From an uncultured bacterium (GTDB lineage: Bacteria; Verrucomicrobiota; Kiritimatiellia; RFP12; UBA1067), in assembly GCA_902769585.1 (NCBI GenBank), contig CACXPT010000004.1:1689-65688 (forward strand): a stretch of DNA of 64,000 nucleotides. The letters run 5' to 3'. Positions 63,562 to 64,000 of this stretch are shown in pieces. Numbering within the stretch: the first letter of the stretch is position 1; every line of letters begins with the position of its first letter. The translations under genes were made by a program, and so were the position numbers. The notes under the pieces were generated by a model, which did no database searches, was not told the DNA's origin, and saw nothing but the letters and a program-made list of their open reading frames with translations.

Positions 63562-64000
63562 ATGGCAGACATGGATGGATTCCAGGAGGCGAAGGCCTAC
63601 GGGCTGGGGACGCCGCAGACGAACGAGTCGTTCTTCCTCAAGGGCAACGAGAACCGCGGCTGGGGCGTGAAGAACCGCCTCTCCCGCATCTTCAACAAGA
63701 AGAGCGGGCGCACGGTGATGCTCGCTTGCGACCACGGCTTCATCATGGGGCCGACGAGCGGCCTCGAGCGCGTTGACATCGCGATCAACCCGCTAATCGA
63801 GTACGCGGACTGCCTGATGTGCACGCGCGGCGTCCTGCGCAGCGTGATTCCGCCAACGATGTCGAAGCCCGTGTGCCTGCGCGCGGACGGCGGCACGTCG
63901 ATCCTCACCGACCTCAACCTGAACCGCCTCTACGACATCGAGGACGTGCTGCGCGTGAACGCGAGCGCGATGGCCCTGATGGTGGCGGTGGGCGACAAGG
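63562..64000 (+). CDS. Class I aldolase of the DhnA/FbaB/LsrF type, N-terminal 146 codons; 3' end outside the window
   Basis: Absent from the track because it is open at the window edge. My translation reads MADMDGFQEAKAYGLGTPQTNESFFLKGNENRGWGVKNRLSRIFNKKSGRTVMLACDHGFIMGPTSGLERVD...ADCLMCTRGVLRS. The MLA.DHG..mGP pattern is typical of the family. Confidence 0.65.
   Translation, partial: MADMDGFQEAKAYGLGTPQTNESFFLKGNENRGWGVKNRLSRIFNKKSGRTVMLACDHGFIMGPTSGLERVDIAINPLIEYADCLMCTRGVLRSVIPPTMSKPVCLRADGGTSILTDLNLNRLYDIEDVLRVNASAMALMVAVGDK

Overview
High-GC bacterial chromosome segment. Hand-counted sample line 26041-26100 is 38/60 G+C. The many secreted glycosidase, sialidase and beta-propeller genes suggest a glycan-degrading PVC-type organism, but that is only a guess. 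Core genes recognised: ymdB-like (partial), pbpC, rpoB-rpoC, a topA / XerC-D recombinase / MFS operon, fmt, mlaF-mlaD, dhaL, a class I aldolase (partial), and a block of secreted hydrolases (GH, frameshifted acetyl-xylan-esterase, two TAT-signal metallophosphoesterases, a double BNR sialidase-like protein). About 22 kb of accessory DNA lies between pbpC (ends 3253) and rpoB (starts 25878). (i) An AT-rich island at about 3.3-17.3 kb (sample lines 12421-12480 = 20/60 G+C, 15781-15840 = 24/60). It holds a decayed DUF4062/Schlafen-type remnant, a YhcG (DUF1016) PD-(D/E)XK nuclease, and a tightly coupled 5-gene operon at 5664-17116. The operon encodes a NERD + Rsm22-like methyltransferase-fold protein, a compact UvrD-like SF1 ATPase, a 566-aa orphan, a DUF1848 protein with a C-terminal CX3CX2C cluster, and a 1759-aa sacsin/paraMORC-type GHKL ATPase fused to an Upf1/DNA2-like SF1 helicase. 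I cannot match this combination to any named defence system from memory, and it is my top candidate for an undescribed defence or DNA-modification system. (ii) A host-like-GC accessory block at 17.4-25.7 kb. It holds DUF3127, a stand-alone 540-aa reverse transcriptase preceded by a roughly 100-bp purine-rich 14-bp tandem repeat and followed by a 27-codon hydrophobic mini-ORF, a Sel1-repeat/HTH protein, a membrane-anchored HD hydrolase, and two paralogues (ORF6N-type and RhuM-type N-termini on a shared HxR..D..GAS PLD-like C-terminus). Each paralogue is preceded by a near-identical 158-bp cassette with three 11-bp-phased TTTGAGACA boxes. Other observations: six genes with an extended -10 box 7-9 nt upstream of the ATG and no Shine-Dalgarno (probable leaderless mRNAs); a C-run frameshift in an esterase gene; a Zn-finger-less repeat C-terminus in topA; several short-period tandem repeats. 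No tRNA, rRNA, CRISPR array, integrase or transposase was recognised. Many long ORFs in the supplied track are antisense or read-through artefacts of the high GC content.
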